Part shown: piece after piece, positions 16,112 to 25,637 of the stretch | How positions within the stretch are numbered: the stretch's first letter is position 1 | Layout of the letters: the number at the start of each line of letters is the position of its first letter | Origin: Pseudomonadota bacterium | Lineage (GTDB): Bacteria; UBA10199; 2-02-FULL-44-16; JAAZCA01 | NCBI GenBank assembly: GCA_043798915.1 | Contig: JAZDOG010000005.1 | Span: 1-30,161 of the forward strand | DNA length: 30,161 nucleotides | Direction: 5' to 3' | Position numbers and translations under genes: made by a program | Notes under the pieces: generated by a model | What the model was told of the DNA's origin: nothing | What the model saw: the letters and a program-made list of their open reading frames with translations, nothing else | The model's database searches: none

Positions 16112-17409
16112 TCAGATCAGCTTGCAATATCGAGCCAGGACAACTGAACCAGCAGGTTCATAATAAACGACCGATCCTTCCTCTCTTTTTCTGACAAGGT
16201 GCCTGCGAAGCAGGTCTTTTACGATATTGGCGAAATCCGGTGCTGATGAAAAATTGACCTTTTTATAATCTTTCGGCCTCAAAGGTTGTTCAAGGAGCAT
16301 CAAGAGCAACCTTCTTTGCTTTTTACCCAGCTCATCCACGCAAACCAGGTTCTTTACGACGGGAGTCAACGCGTCAAAAGCCATGTTGTCTTCTACATAT
16401 TCCAATGATGGGTATTTGGTCAGGACCGTGCGCACAATCTGATCACAGACATTGAATAGAAACCTGATTTCGCCGTCGCAGTGCTTATATATTTCGCGAA
16501 TAACACCGTCACCCACCGGCAATAGACACGGTTTTCTGTCGTTTTGGGAAAGTTTGCGCGCTCGTATTTTAAGAATATCCACGGCCTCATTTTCGTTCAG
16601 CGAATCAAGAATTGTTTCAGTTCCTCTGAAATTATCAACAAGTCTCGATCCGTTCGGGTGCTGTCGGATAGCAGCATATGTTCCTTTTAATCCAGCAGCG
16701 TGATCCAAAGAGACTTGATTGAAAATAATTCATCCCGAAGCTCATTCAGTATTTGAACCAGGACATTCAGATCAACAATGTCGAGGTTATTCACAATCAC
16801 GTAAATTCCATTCATCCCCAGATCCGGCAATGCGCTTTCCAAAATTTGACGATCGATCTGGGCCAAATGGCTGATGGAGGCGCTTGTGGGAACGGCCTGA
16901 CTGATCGAACCGCCACCACCAGAAGCACCGAAACCAAACGCCTGGGCGCCGCCAGTGGGCTTGCCCACGGAAACAATCAATTCGTTGATCCATTTGTGTT
17001 GTTTCTCAACTTCTTGAGGCAGACGCTGCTCTTTCTTCTCGTAAATGTGAACCAGAGAATAAATGATGCTCGATGTAATTTTCAGCATCAAGCTTTGCGC
17101 CGTTTCGTCGGAATTGATCTGAAGTTTTTTCGTGTTTGGGATGAGGAGAGTCGGACAGTGAGTAATGTCTTTGAAACACGTTTTCGGATCGTCAAACGAG
17201 GTTACATACTGCATCACGTTGACAAATGTGGTCTTGCCCACGCCGGGATTTCCTGTAACAAGATGGACACAACCCTCCTGACCGGCAATTTGCGCTAGAT
17301 AAGAATGAACATCCTCTCGTCGACCGACGAATTTTTCCAGGCTCTCTTTTGAGGGTTCCAGCGGTTCGGTGAAAAAAGGGTTTTTTGTAAATCCCAGAGC
17401 CTCGTACAT
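16112..17409 (-). pseudogene. P-loop ATPase (AAA/STAND-like) with C-terminal wHTH, split by a 1-bp frameshift near 16690
   Basis: MYEALGFTKNPFF..FVGR..GNPGVGKTT (Walker A), IVNNLD; adding one G to CTG-GAT-TAA joins the two ORFs as WITLLGLKGTY; SD AGGAG before ATG 17409. Confidence 0.7.
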
Positions 17410-17478
17410 AAACAACTCCTTTGTTATCAATGATGTAAGCGATTTTGCAGAAATTTCTGCAAAATCGTTAATGCTTAT

Positions 17479-17680
17479 GTGGAATCTTGAGATTCCGATT
17501 TGGCGCCCCAAGTTCCCATGCTTGATTTAAGCAAGAGCGATGCCAACACCGTCGGGGGTCGTAAAAAAACAAATACCTTCAATAATAATGAAGGATTGCA
17601 TTAGACCGTCTCTGTCAGGGATTTCCGATTGGGTGCAGCATTTCGATGCAGCCTGCATCAAAAATGGGCAGCGGGCAGGT
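17479..17680 (-). promoter_or_regulatory. Module A+B copy 3: sigma-54 promoter with tandem NtrC-like boxes
   Basis: Degenerate palindrome 17486-17512; TTGGCATCGCTCTTGCT (17530-17546, minus); TGCAGCATTTCGATGCA (17634-17650); TGCATCAAAAATGGGCA (17654-17670). Confidence 0.75.
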
Positions 17681-17739
17681 GTTACTCATGGGCGACACTA
17701 TTATGGGCATATCGAGGAGGGTCGACGTGTCCGGAATTT

Positions 17740-18015
17740 GGTTGACCGATGTTAACCGCGCTGCCGGTGCGATTGGCAGCAATGCATTTATGATTTTCAA
17801 AATCTGAATTGCACACACGCAGACCAAGCCGCCACCCATCAGACATGATGGGTGGGGGCTGGATACAGCCCCGATCATTCTCCAACCCTCAGGTGTCCGC
17901 CTATGTCCCCGGATGACACGCTGGGCCCATTTTATCGTTCCGGGCTTTTGGGCGCGCGTTTCCGTTGCAATCCGCCCGGTGCGGGATTATAAATTATGCA
18001 ATTTTTTGAGGGGCC
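17740..18015. repeat. Repeat C+D copy 1 (structured repeat plus plus-strand sigma-70-like promoter)
   Basis: Aligns with 19057-19293 and 20787-21045; TTGCAA-N17-TATAAA at 17965-17993. Confidence 0.9.
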
Positions 18016-19044
18016 ATGAGAAAAACGGCAGACAGGAAAAATCACGGCGAAATTGTCATCTACAAGAGCGGCAAAAACAATGTCGTCCTTGAAGCCTATC
18101 TGCAAAAGGAAAGCGTCTGGCTCAGCCTCGACCAGATGGCCAGGCTCTTTGGCAGGGACAATTCGGTCATATCCCGTCATATCAAAAATGTCTTTGAAGA
18201 GAAGGAGTTAGGCCCCAAGTCAGTTGTTGCAAAATTTGCAACAACTGCATCGGACGGGAAGACTTATCAGGTCGATTACTATAACCTCGATGTCATCATT
18301 TCAGTGGGTTACAGAGTTAAATCTCACAGCGGTGTGCGTTTCCGAATCTGGGCGACAAAGGTCCTCAAAAATCACCTGATCAAAGGTTACACCCTCAACA
18401 AAAAACGTTTGAATGAACTTAAAGGAGATGAACTCAAGACCTTCGAGGATGCCATCACGTTTATGCGCCAGACAATTGCCTCGCGCTCGCTGTCGTCAAA
18501 AGAAGAGAGCGGCCTGCTTCAGGTCATAACTGAATACGCCTACACTTGGATCTTGCTCCAGAAATACGACAAAGATGAGTTGTCGCCGCCCAAGGCGATG
18601 CAGCTATCCGCTTATGCGCTCGATTACCCAGCCGCGTGCGAGGCCATAAATCAGCTTAAAAGTGACTTGGTCGCAAAGAAAGAAGCATCCGATCTCTTTG
18701 GCTGGGAGCGCGGCAGCGGGCTTGAAGGTATTCTTCGTGGCATCTATCAGACGTTTGGCGGGGACGAACTTTATCCAACTATTGAGGAAAAGGCCGCGCA
18801 TCTCTTATACTTCATCATCAAGGACCATCCCTTTGCCGACGGCAACAAGCGGATAGGCTCGCTTCTCTTCATCCTCTTTCTTTCGCGAAACAAGTATCTC
18901 CTGCGCAAGAACGGCGAAAAGAAAATTAACGACAACGCGCTTGTGGCCATCGCCCTGCTTGTTGCAGAGAGCAAGCCGAAGCAAAAAGACGTGATGATAC
19001 GGCTCATCATGCATTTCCTGGCAGGCCGAGCAGGGGTACGGTAA
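18016..19044 (+). CDS. RhuM-family domain fused to Fic/Doc domain
   Basis: ESVWLSLDQMARLF..YNLDVIISVGYRVKS..FRIWAT (RhuM); KDHPFADGNKRIG (Fic/Doc). Confidence 0.9.
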   Translation: MRKTADRKNHGEIVIYKSGKNNVVLEAYLQKESVWLSLDQMARLFGRDNSVISRHIKNVFEEKELGPKSVVAKFATTASDGKTYQVDYYNLDVIISVGYRVKSHSGVRFRIWATKVLKNHLIKGYTLNKKRLNELKGDELKTFEDAITFMRQTIASRSLSSKEESGLLQVITEYAYTWILLQKYDKDELSPPKAMQLSAYALDYPAACEAINQLKSDLVAKKEASDLFGWERGSGLEGILRGIYQTFGGDELYPTIEEKAAHLLYFIIKDHPFADGNKRIGSLLFILFLSRNKYLLRKNGEKKINDNALVAIALLVAESKPKQKDVMIRLIMHFLAGRAGVR

Positions 19045-19056
19045 GCCTTGTAGTAT

Positions 19057-19293
19057 GGTTAATATGTGTTAACCGGCGCTGCCGGTGCGGTTGGCAGCAA
19101 TGCATTTATGATTCTCAAAATCTGGATAGCACGTACGCAGACCAGGCCGCCACCCATCCGACATGATGGGTGAGGGCTGGTTACAGCCCCGATCATTCTC
19201 CAACCCTCAGGTGTCCGCCCGTGTCCCCGGATGACACGATGGGCGCATATTTTATCGTTCCGGCCCTTTGGACTCGCGTTTCCGTTGCAATCC
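19057..19293. repeat. Repeat C copy 2
   Basis: Closely similar to 17740-17973; lies between two convergent Fic genes. Confidence 0.9.
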
Positions 19294-19302
19294 ACGTGTC
19301 TG

Positions 19303-20454
19303 TTATTTGTCATCCGTAAAAATGTCGGTGTATTTTTTGTAGATATAGGACTGGCCATATTTCTTATCCTTATCTTTCGGGGAGAGAATGCCCATATCTA
19401 TAAAACGATTGATGACGGTTTGTGCGCCGGCGCGTGTAAAATGGGTCCACTTTTGCACAAGCGCTACATTGACGACCGGCTGTCCATATAGTCTGGGCAA
19501 CAAGAGCGCGGCGCTCTCCGCGGACCGTTTCCCAAGCTTTTGCAATTTTGCCATGTCTTCTTCACGCAAAACAGTGATCTTGCCCACAATGTCTATGGCT
19601 TCATTGGCAACCTCGATGACACCCTCGAGAAAAAAAGCAACCCAGTCCGACACCATGCCGTGCTTCTGATAACCGAGCAGCTTTTCATAATACAACTCCT
19701 GGTGTTTTTTGAAAAAAGAGGACAGGAACAGAACCGGCTTTTCAAGAAATCCCACTTTCCATAAATAGAAAGTGGTCAACATCCTGCCGGTTCTTCCATT
19801 TCCATCGAGAAATGGATGAATGGTTTCAAACTGAGCATGGATGAGCGCTGCCTTGATCAGCGTCAGCGTCGAATCATCCGTATGCATGAAGCGCTCAAGG
19901 TCATGCAATGCCCTGTTCATCTCCTCAACAGGCGGAGGAACAAAGCGGGCATTATCCGGGCGGGTACCCCCAATCCAGTTTTGACTTTTGCGAAACTCTC
20001 CAGGATCAGAAAAGTGGGTTGCTCGCGCTTGGTCCATCAGCTTTGCATGTAACTCGCGCACAAAGCGCAGAGAAATCGGGAATCCATCGTCAACCATCCG
20101 CTTCATCCCGTAATTCAGCGCCTTGATGTAATGCAAAATATCATCCACATCTTTGGGGATATTGGCGTTTACTTTTGCCTCAGCTTCGATCGCATTGATC
20201 ATCGTGGCCTGTGTTCCCTCAATCTGGCTTGAGGAGGCCGCGTCTTTTCGGAGATACATCAGGAGAAAAAAATCGGCATCGGGTAACAACTTCGTAATTC
20301 CATCCAGTTTGCCCAGCAGCCTGGTGGCCTGATCGGCCTTCTTTAAAAGATGAGCATCCCAATCAAACCCCTCTTTTGGAGGAAAAGCGTGAGGAATAAA
20401 GGCTTTAAAGCCTTGAATTTGCTCTATATTTTTACCGAGATCTATGTGTTTCAT
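19303..20454 (-). CDS. Fic family protein (N-terminal inhibitory motif, C-terminal HTH)
   Basis: SSQIEG inhibitory motif; PGEFRKSQNWIG; HPFLDGNGRTGR catalytic motif. Confidence 0.92.
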   Translation of the reverse strand: MKHIDLGKNIEQIQGFKAFIPHAFPPKEGFDWDAHLLKKADQATRLLGKLDGITKLLPDADFFLLMYLRKDAASSSQIEGTQATMINAIEAEAKVNANIPKDVDDILHYIKALNYGMKRMVDDGFPISLRFVRELHAKLMDQARATHFSDPGEFRKSQNWIGGTRPDNARFVPPPVEEMNRALHDLERFMHTDDSTLTLIKAALIHAQFETIHPFLDGNGRTGRMLTTFYLWKVGFLEKPVLFLSSFFKKHQELYYEKLLGYQKHGMVSDWVAFFLEGVIEVANEAIDIVGKITVLREEDMAKLQKLGKRSAESAALLLPRLYGQPVVNVALVQKWTHFTRAGAQTVINRFIDMGILSPKDKDKKYGQSYIYKKYTDIFTDDK

Positions 20455-20463
20455 AGTTTGAAT

Positions 20464-20535
20464 CTATCTTTTTAAAGATGTAAACAAAGTATATATGTTT
20501 GTATACATACAGTCAAGGGATGGATACAAAGATAG
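20464..20535 (-). promoter_or_regulatory. Sigma-70 promoter of the Fic gene with operator-like repeats
   Basis: Minus strand TTGACT-N17-TATACT (20516-20488); TGTAAACA/TGTATACA/TGGATACA repeats; CTATCTTT...AAAGATAG inverted repeat. Confidence 0.7.
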
Positions 20536-20546
20536 GTGACTCCAGA

Positions 20547-20765
20547 CTAGCTTCGGCGGCGCCTCTTGCGACGAAGGATGCGCGCGCTTTCGCGCTTGTC
20601 CATCCGCATCTTCTCCTGCGCGATCGCTGCCGGCCGGATCGCGTAGCTGCCGCCGATCATCACGGAGGCCATGCGCCCCTGTCTTATCTTCTTGAAGACG
20701 GCAATCCTGCTAATGCCCAGCATCTTCGCCGCTTCGGTGGTCGAAAAGAATTGCTTCATGGCCAT
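20547..20765 (-). CDS. Excisionase-like (HTH_17/MerR-type) DNA-binding protein
   Basis: FFSTTEAAKMLGISRIAVFKKIRQGRM..IGGSYAI; start at 20765 or 20759. Confidence 0.8.
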   Translation of the reverse strand: MAMKQFFSTTEAAKMLGISRIAVFKKIRQGRMASVMIGGSYAIRPAAIAQEKMRMDKRESARILRRKRRRRS

Positions 20766-20786
20766 AGCAATAGCCCCGTGCAGTTT

Positions 20787-21045
20787 GGTTAACATATGTT
20801 AACCGCGCTGAATAAGTCAACGCTGGACAGCACACACGCAGCTCAGGCTGCCACCGATCAGACATGATGGGTGAGGGCTGGTTACAGCCCCGATCATTCT
20901 CCAACCCTCAGGTGTCCGCCCGTGTCCCCGGATGACACGATGGGCGCCTATTTGAAGTAGTGGAGAGGGTCAGGGTGAGGGGGCTGTCTTTCCATTGCAA
21001 TCCGCCCGGGGCGGGATTACAAATTATGCAATTTTTTGAGGGGCG
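20787..21045. repeat. Repeat C+D copy 3
   Basis: Perfect palindrome GGTTAACATATGTTAACC, shared hairpins and 33-bp core, REP fragment at 20962-20981, D element starting at TTGCAA 20995. Confidence 0.9.
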
Positions 21046-21071
21046 GGTTTTCATTTTCCAAAGGAGCTTCC

Positions 21072-22667
21072 ATGATTGGTCATCCATTAAAAATCAGCGA
21101 TATCATGTCTGAAATGAGCAGGGGCGGTATTCGCATACCTGAAATACAAAGAGATTACGTTTGGCGGCGCAGCCAGATCGCCAAACTTCTGGATTCGATC
21201 TACAACAGATATCCCGTCGGTTCGATACTTTTATGGGATACGGCAGCGGACGATATAAAGATCCGCGAGATGGAAACAAGCATTGGCCAGGGCAAGACTT
21301 ATGATTTTATTCCAAAGATTATCCTGGACGGCCAGCAACGCATAACGTCTCTTGGAAAAGTCTTCGATTCTGCTACGGTCAAGGGCGATCGCATCCTGTT
21401 CAATGTACTGGACGAAGTTTTTGAACCATATTCCCCGCGTCATTCCTCCGATGCGCACTGGATTGACACGACCGGCCTCCTCACCAACGAATTTACAGAG
21501 CTGGATATCCTGGATCGCCTGATGGACTCAGGCGTTGTGGACAAAGGTAATCGTGAGCTGAAAAACACACTTCATGATCGGCTCAAGAAACTGTCATCTA
21601 TACGCGATTTTCAATTCCCCGTCGAAATCGTGAAAGAAGACGACCTTGAGATCATCACAGAGATATTCATCAGGGTCAATTCGGCTGGGACAAGGCTGCG
21701 CGAGGCAGAACTGGCGTTGGCGCGGCTCGCGTGGAAACTCCCCGGCAGCATCATAGGGCCATTCAGAGAAATGGAAGAACTCTGCGATGATCGGGGTTTT
21801 GACCTCGACGTGCGTTTTTTTATGAGATCTCTGGTCTCCGTGGCCACGCGCCAGAGCCGTTTTAAAGACCTCAAGGCATTTTGGTTGAGGCCGGCCAAAG
21901 ACATCGAAGATGCCTGGAAGAAAACCGAGAGGGGTCTCAAACTCGCCCTCGACTTTGTGGAAGGCAATGTTGGCATATCAGGTTCGGCGTTTTTGCCCTC
22001 TCAGGTGAGCCTGATCCCGCCATGCCTCATATTTGCGGTACGCGACCGTTTGAGCGGCGAGGAGGAGCGGATGCTCCGCCGCTGGCTGCTTATAGCTAAT
22101 GCTTTTTCAAGGTACGTAGGGGCTACGGAATCGACGCTCAACAGGGATCTTTCGATCCTGGGAAATGATTGCAGCAATGTGCAGGGACTTTATGAAACGA
22201 CTGTCAAAGACCTCAGGGCCGAGCCTCGCATTACGCCAGACGACCTCGATCGATCTGGCACGAATAATCCGTTCTTCTTCCTGAGCTATCTTGCGGTGAT
22301 GGGCCGCGATGCTGTCGACTGGTTTAAGGGTATCAAGATACGCCGCGAATCATTCTCAGAGGATCAAAATATAGAGTACCATCATATATTCCCGAAAAAA
22401 CTGCTCAACGACAAGGGAGTCGACAGATATATGCGCGACGAGATGGCAAATATAGCTTTCCTGTCGCAGAAGGCGAATCGCAAGATATTGAAGAGGCCGC
22501 CTTCTGATTATCTTGCCGAAATAGCTGAAAACGATCCGGCGCGGCTTGAAGCGCAATTTATACCAATGGATCGGACTCTTTGGGCCATGGAAAGGTTTGA
22601 CGACTTCCTCAAAGAGCGACGCAAGTTGCTATCAGCGGCTATGAATGAGGTTATTCACGGCGGGTAA
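21072..22667 (+). CDS. GmrSD-like DUF262 + HNH (DUF1524-like) putative modification-dependent restriction nuclease
   Basis: IPEIQRDYVW, ILDGQQRITSL, IFIRVNSAG; C-terminal IEYHHIFPK..MANIAFLSQKANRKI; SD AAGGAG before ATG 21072. Confidence 0.85.
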   Translation: MIGHPLKISDIMSEMSRGGIRIPEIQRDYVWRRSQIAKLLDSIYNRYPVGSILLWDTAADDIKIREMETSIGQGKTYDFIPKIILDGQQRITSLGKVFDSATVKGDRILFNVLDEVFEPYSPRHSSDAHWIDTTGLLTNEFTELDILDRLMDSGVVDKGNRELKNTLHDRLKKLSSIRDFQFPVEIVKEDDLEIITEIFIRVNSAGTRLREAELALARLAWKLPGSIIGPFREMEELCDDRGFDLDVRFFMRSLVSVATRQSRFKDLKAFWLRPAKDIEDAWKKTERGLKLALDFVEGNVGISGSAFLPSQVSLIPPCLIFAVRDRLSGEEERMLRRWLLIANAFSRYVGATESTLNRDLSILGNDCSNVQGLYETTVKDLRAEPRITPDDLDRSGTNNPFFFLSYLAVMGRDAVDWFKGIKIRRESFSEDQNIEYHHIFPKKLLNDKGVDRYMRDEMANIAFLSQKANRKILKRPPSDYLAEIAENDPARLEAQFIPMDRTLWAMERFDDFLKERRKLLSAAMNEVIHGG

Positions 22668-22763
22668 ATAGGGGCTCCGTGCTTTTTTGCTCCGTGACCG
22701 GTGGTTCAGACGTAGCTGCGATGGCACGAGAACTCATGATCGATCTGAGCCCGCGAAAATAAG

Positions 22764-23044
22764 ATGGAAAAAGAGATAACCAATCGCGCTATGGCCTTCA
22801 TCTTCGCCAACACCTGGATCTTTGCCAAGACCTATGCACAGACTGCGCCGTCGTGAAGGACAAGTTGACAAACGAGGAGATGAAACGCGAATTCGAGTGG
22901 TTCGTGATGCTTATTCGAGAGCATGGATATCAGGCAGAGTTCTAGGGCAAGGTGCATACCTATCTGAACATCGACGGCAAGAAATACTGGACCATGGGCG
23001 CGCCTCTGGAGGAAACGATCATCATCAACCGGGCGGATCTATAA
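22764..23044 (+). pseudogene. Disrupted small conserved hypothetical gene
   Basis: MEKEIT..WIFAKTYAQTAP, then a frameshift into VVKDKL..FVMLIREHGYQAEF*GKVHTYLNIDGKKYWTMGAPLEETIIINRADL*. Confidence 0.6.
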
Positions 23045-23069
23045 GACCGCCCCAGGGGGCGTTACGAGT

Positions 23070-24569
23070 TTGAAGAAGCTCTCCAAATCCAAGTATATCC
23101 TCGGCCTGCAATGCCCCAAGGCCTTATGGTTGAGCATCCATAGGCCGGAACTTCAGGCCCCGCTGGATGAGGGGACTAAGCGCATCTTCGAAATGGGTCA
23201 TCTTGTGGGCAAATACGCCCAGGCGCGTTTCCCCGGAGGGGTGCTGATCGACGAGGATCACATGCACCTCGGAGAGGCCATCCGCTCCACCGAGAAGGCT
23301 GTCGCCGCGGGCGCGACCGCGATCTTTGAGGCTACCGCGGCCTTCGGCGGCGCCCTCTGCCGCGTGGACATCCTTTTTCGGCGGGGAAAAAGGAAACGAG
23401 AATGGGACCTCTTTGAGGTCAAGTCGTCGACCGGCGTGAAAAATTACCACCTGGATGATGTTTCGTTCCAGCGGCACTGTTTTGAAAACGCCGGATACGA
23501 AATCCGCCGGACGCTCCTCATGCACGTAAACAACAAGTACGTCCGGGACGGCGCCATTGAACCAAAACGATTGCTCCACACCGAGGATGTCACGGAATTG
23601 GTTGTCGAGCGAATGGAGGGGATGGAAGATCGGATCGAAAACCTCCTGGCGGCCATCAACCAGCGGAAGAGGCCGGAGATCGCTCCAGGCGTTCAGTGCG
23701 CGTCGCCCTTTGTCTGTCTATTCTTTGAACTCTGCAACAAACGCTTCCCCTACGATATCTACGAGCTTCCCTGCGGCGGCCAGCGAGTGCCGGAGCTGGA
23801 GGACATGAACATCCGGTATCTCAAGCACATCCCGGACGATTTTCCGCTTTCGGACAGGCAACGCCGCAGCGTCCAAAGCGCCAGGAGCCGCAAGGCGGTC
23901 GTCGATACAGAGGGGATACGCGCGTTTCTTGAAACGCTCGAGTATCCGCTCTATTTCTTCGACTTTGAGACTGTTTCGTGCGCCGTGCCGCCGTTCAACC
24001 ATTCACGGCCGTACGAGTTCATCCCTTTCCAGTTTTCGCTTCACGTTCAGAAGCGAAAGGACGGCCCCGTCGAGCATCACGCCTTTCTGCACGAAAAGAA
24101 AAGCGATCCCCGAAAATCGTTGATAAGGAGCATGCTCAAGCTCTTGGGGAAAAAGGGCAGCATCGTCGCCTACAACATGTCCTTTGAGAAAACGGTCATC
24201 GGTTATTTGATCGACGACTTCCCTGAACACTCAAGGGCCCTCAAGGCCCTCCTTCGGCGGTTCAAGGATCTCAAGACGCCGTTCTCCGGCGGGCATTACG
24301 TCCACCGGGATTTTCACGGCAGCGCGTCGCTGAAGGCCGTGTTGCCGGTGCTGGCGCCGTCCCTGTCCTATGATAAGCTCGACATACGGGACGGCGGCAC
24401 GGCGAGCTTCGCATACGAAAGGTGGATAATGGGCAAGATGGCGGACAGGGAGTGGAGGGAGACGTATCGGGCCCTGCTCAAGTATTGCGAGCTCGATACG
24501 CTGGCGATGGTGGAGATCCTGAAACGATTGTACTCAGAAAAAGAAAAAGGGGACGCTTGCCGGTGTTAA
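23070..24569 (+). CDS. DUF2779-domain protein (RecB-like nuclease N-terminus + RNase H-like domain)
   Basis: LSKSKYILGLQCPKALWL, VDIL..EVKSST..DVSFQ, YFFDFET..IPFQFSLH, SLKAVLP, YCELDTLAM; TTG start. Confidence 0.82.
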   Translation: MKKLSKSKYILGLQCPKALWLSIHRPELQAPLDEGTKRIFEMGHLVGKYAQARFPGGVLIDEDHMHLGEAIRSTEKAVAAGATAIFEATAAFGGALCRVDILFRRGKRKREWDLFEVKSSTGVKNYHLDDVSFQRHCFENAGYEIRRTLLMHVNNKYVRDGAIEPKRLLHTEDVTELVVERMEGMEDRIENLLAAINQRKRPEIAPGVQCASPFVCLFFELCNKRFPYDIYELPCGGQRVPELEDMNIRYLKHIPDDFPLSDRQRRSVQSARSRKAVVDTEGIRAFLETLEYPLYFFDFETVSCAVPPFNHSRPYEFIPFQFSLHVQKRKDGPVEHHAFLHEKKSDPRKSLIRSMLKLLGKKGSIVAYNMSFEKTVIGYLIDDFPEHSRALKALLRRFKDLKTPFSGGHYVHRDFHGSASLKAVLPVLAPSLSYDKLDIRDGGTASFAYERWIMGKMADREWRETYRALLKYCELDTLAMVEILKRLYSEKEKGDACRC

Positions 24570-24714
24570 GTGGCGGAAAGCATTAAGGTCCATGAGTGTT
24601 AAAACCGCCGCTATTTTCAAGACGAATAGCCGCAGCGAGCTGGCGCGGTTCCAGGGATGAGGCTCCCCTGCGAAAAATTGCACAACATGTCAGCCGAACA
24701 AGATTCTATCCCCG

Positions 24715-25542
24715 TCAATCATTCCCCAGAATGATCGGCAGGCCGTCCTTGCCGGACCCCACCACTATGATCTTGCTGTTCTCGCTCTTGGCAAGCTCGC
24801 GCGTCGCCTCGATACCGCGGAGTTTCAGCACGGCTGGCGAGAGACCCAGGTTGACGGTCGAGTTGAAGTCGGTGATTCCCCTGGCCTCGATCCGCTTGCG
24901 CTCGGCCTCCTGCGTCTCGCGATCGAGGACGAACTTCATCTGCTCGGCCTGCTGCTCGGCCTCGAGCTTTTTCTCGATGGCGGTCGAGAGGATGGCGGGA
25001 AGCTTGACCGCCCTCAGGAGGACGCTTTCGACCAGCACCCCCCTGGCCTCCACCATCGGCTTCAGCTGATCGTACATCTGCGAGGCCAGGAGCTCGCGCT
25101 CCGCCGTGTAGAGGGCCTTGGCGTCATAGCCAGCAGTCACGCCCCGGACGACGGACCTGAGCTGGGGGTTGACGATGATGTCCTGGTAGCTCATCCCGAT
25201 GGTCTTATAGACCTGTGGCGCGAGCGCAGGATTCAAGCTGATGAGGACGGAGATATCCAGGTTGACGGTCAATCCCTCCCGCGAGGGGACGGTCGCTTCC
25301 TCCGTGATCTGCTGCGTCCGAACGCTCATCTCGTGGATCGTCAGGAACGGATTCACCGCATGGATCCCCGCCTGGAGCGGGGTCTCGTAAACGTTTCCGA
25401 AGAACTCCATGATCCCCACGTTGCCGGCAGGGATGATGACGACGCACTTGACGAGGGCAAGCAGCGCCACCAATGTCCCTATCACGATCCATTTGCTCTT
25501 CCGATACTTTGCGAACAGCGCGCTGAATTCTTCGTAAGCCAT
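24715..25542 (-). CDS. SPFH / prohibitin family membrane protein
   Basis: N-terminal TM segment, IPAGNVG, AIEKKLEAEQQAEQM, EAERKRIEARGI; start MAYEEF with SD AGGAG. Confidence 0.9.
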   Translation of the reverse strand: MAYEEFSALFAKYRKSKWIVIGTLVALLALVKCVVIIPAGNVGIMEFFGNVYETPLQAGIHAVNPFLTIHEMSVRTQQITEEATVPSREGLTVNLDISVLISLNPALAPQVYKTIGMSYQDIIVNPQLRSVVRGVTAGYDAKALYTAERELLASQMYDQLKPMVEARGVLVESVLLRAVKLPAILSTAIEKKLEAEQQAEQMKFVLDRETQEAERKRIEARGITDFNSTVNLGLSPAVLKLRGIEATRELAKSENSKIIVVGSGKDGLPIILGND

Positions 25543-25637
25543 ATCGTCTCTCCTTTTCGGGGAAGCTGCAGTGCCCCTGTGAAACCGGACACCGTTGATC
25601 CGTAAGCTACATAACTCTGGCTGAGGTGTCCAATCAA

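Noticed and set aside
17850..17875. tRNA or tmRNA fragment as an att site (GGGGCTG)
   Set aside because: No T-loop GTTCGA or CCA end; the GGGGCTG simply closes a local hairpin.
15999..20920. CRISPR array based on the 33-bp identical repeat
   Set aside because: Copies are 1.3-1.9 kb apart, separated by whole genes, and no cas genes are present.
13660..21050. Classical integron attC sites
   Set aside because: No RYYYAAC...GTTRRRY bounded hairpins, no intI, and the cargo lies on both strands.
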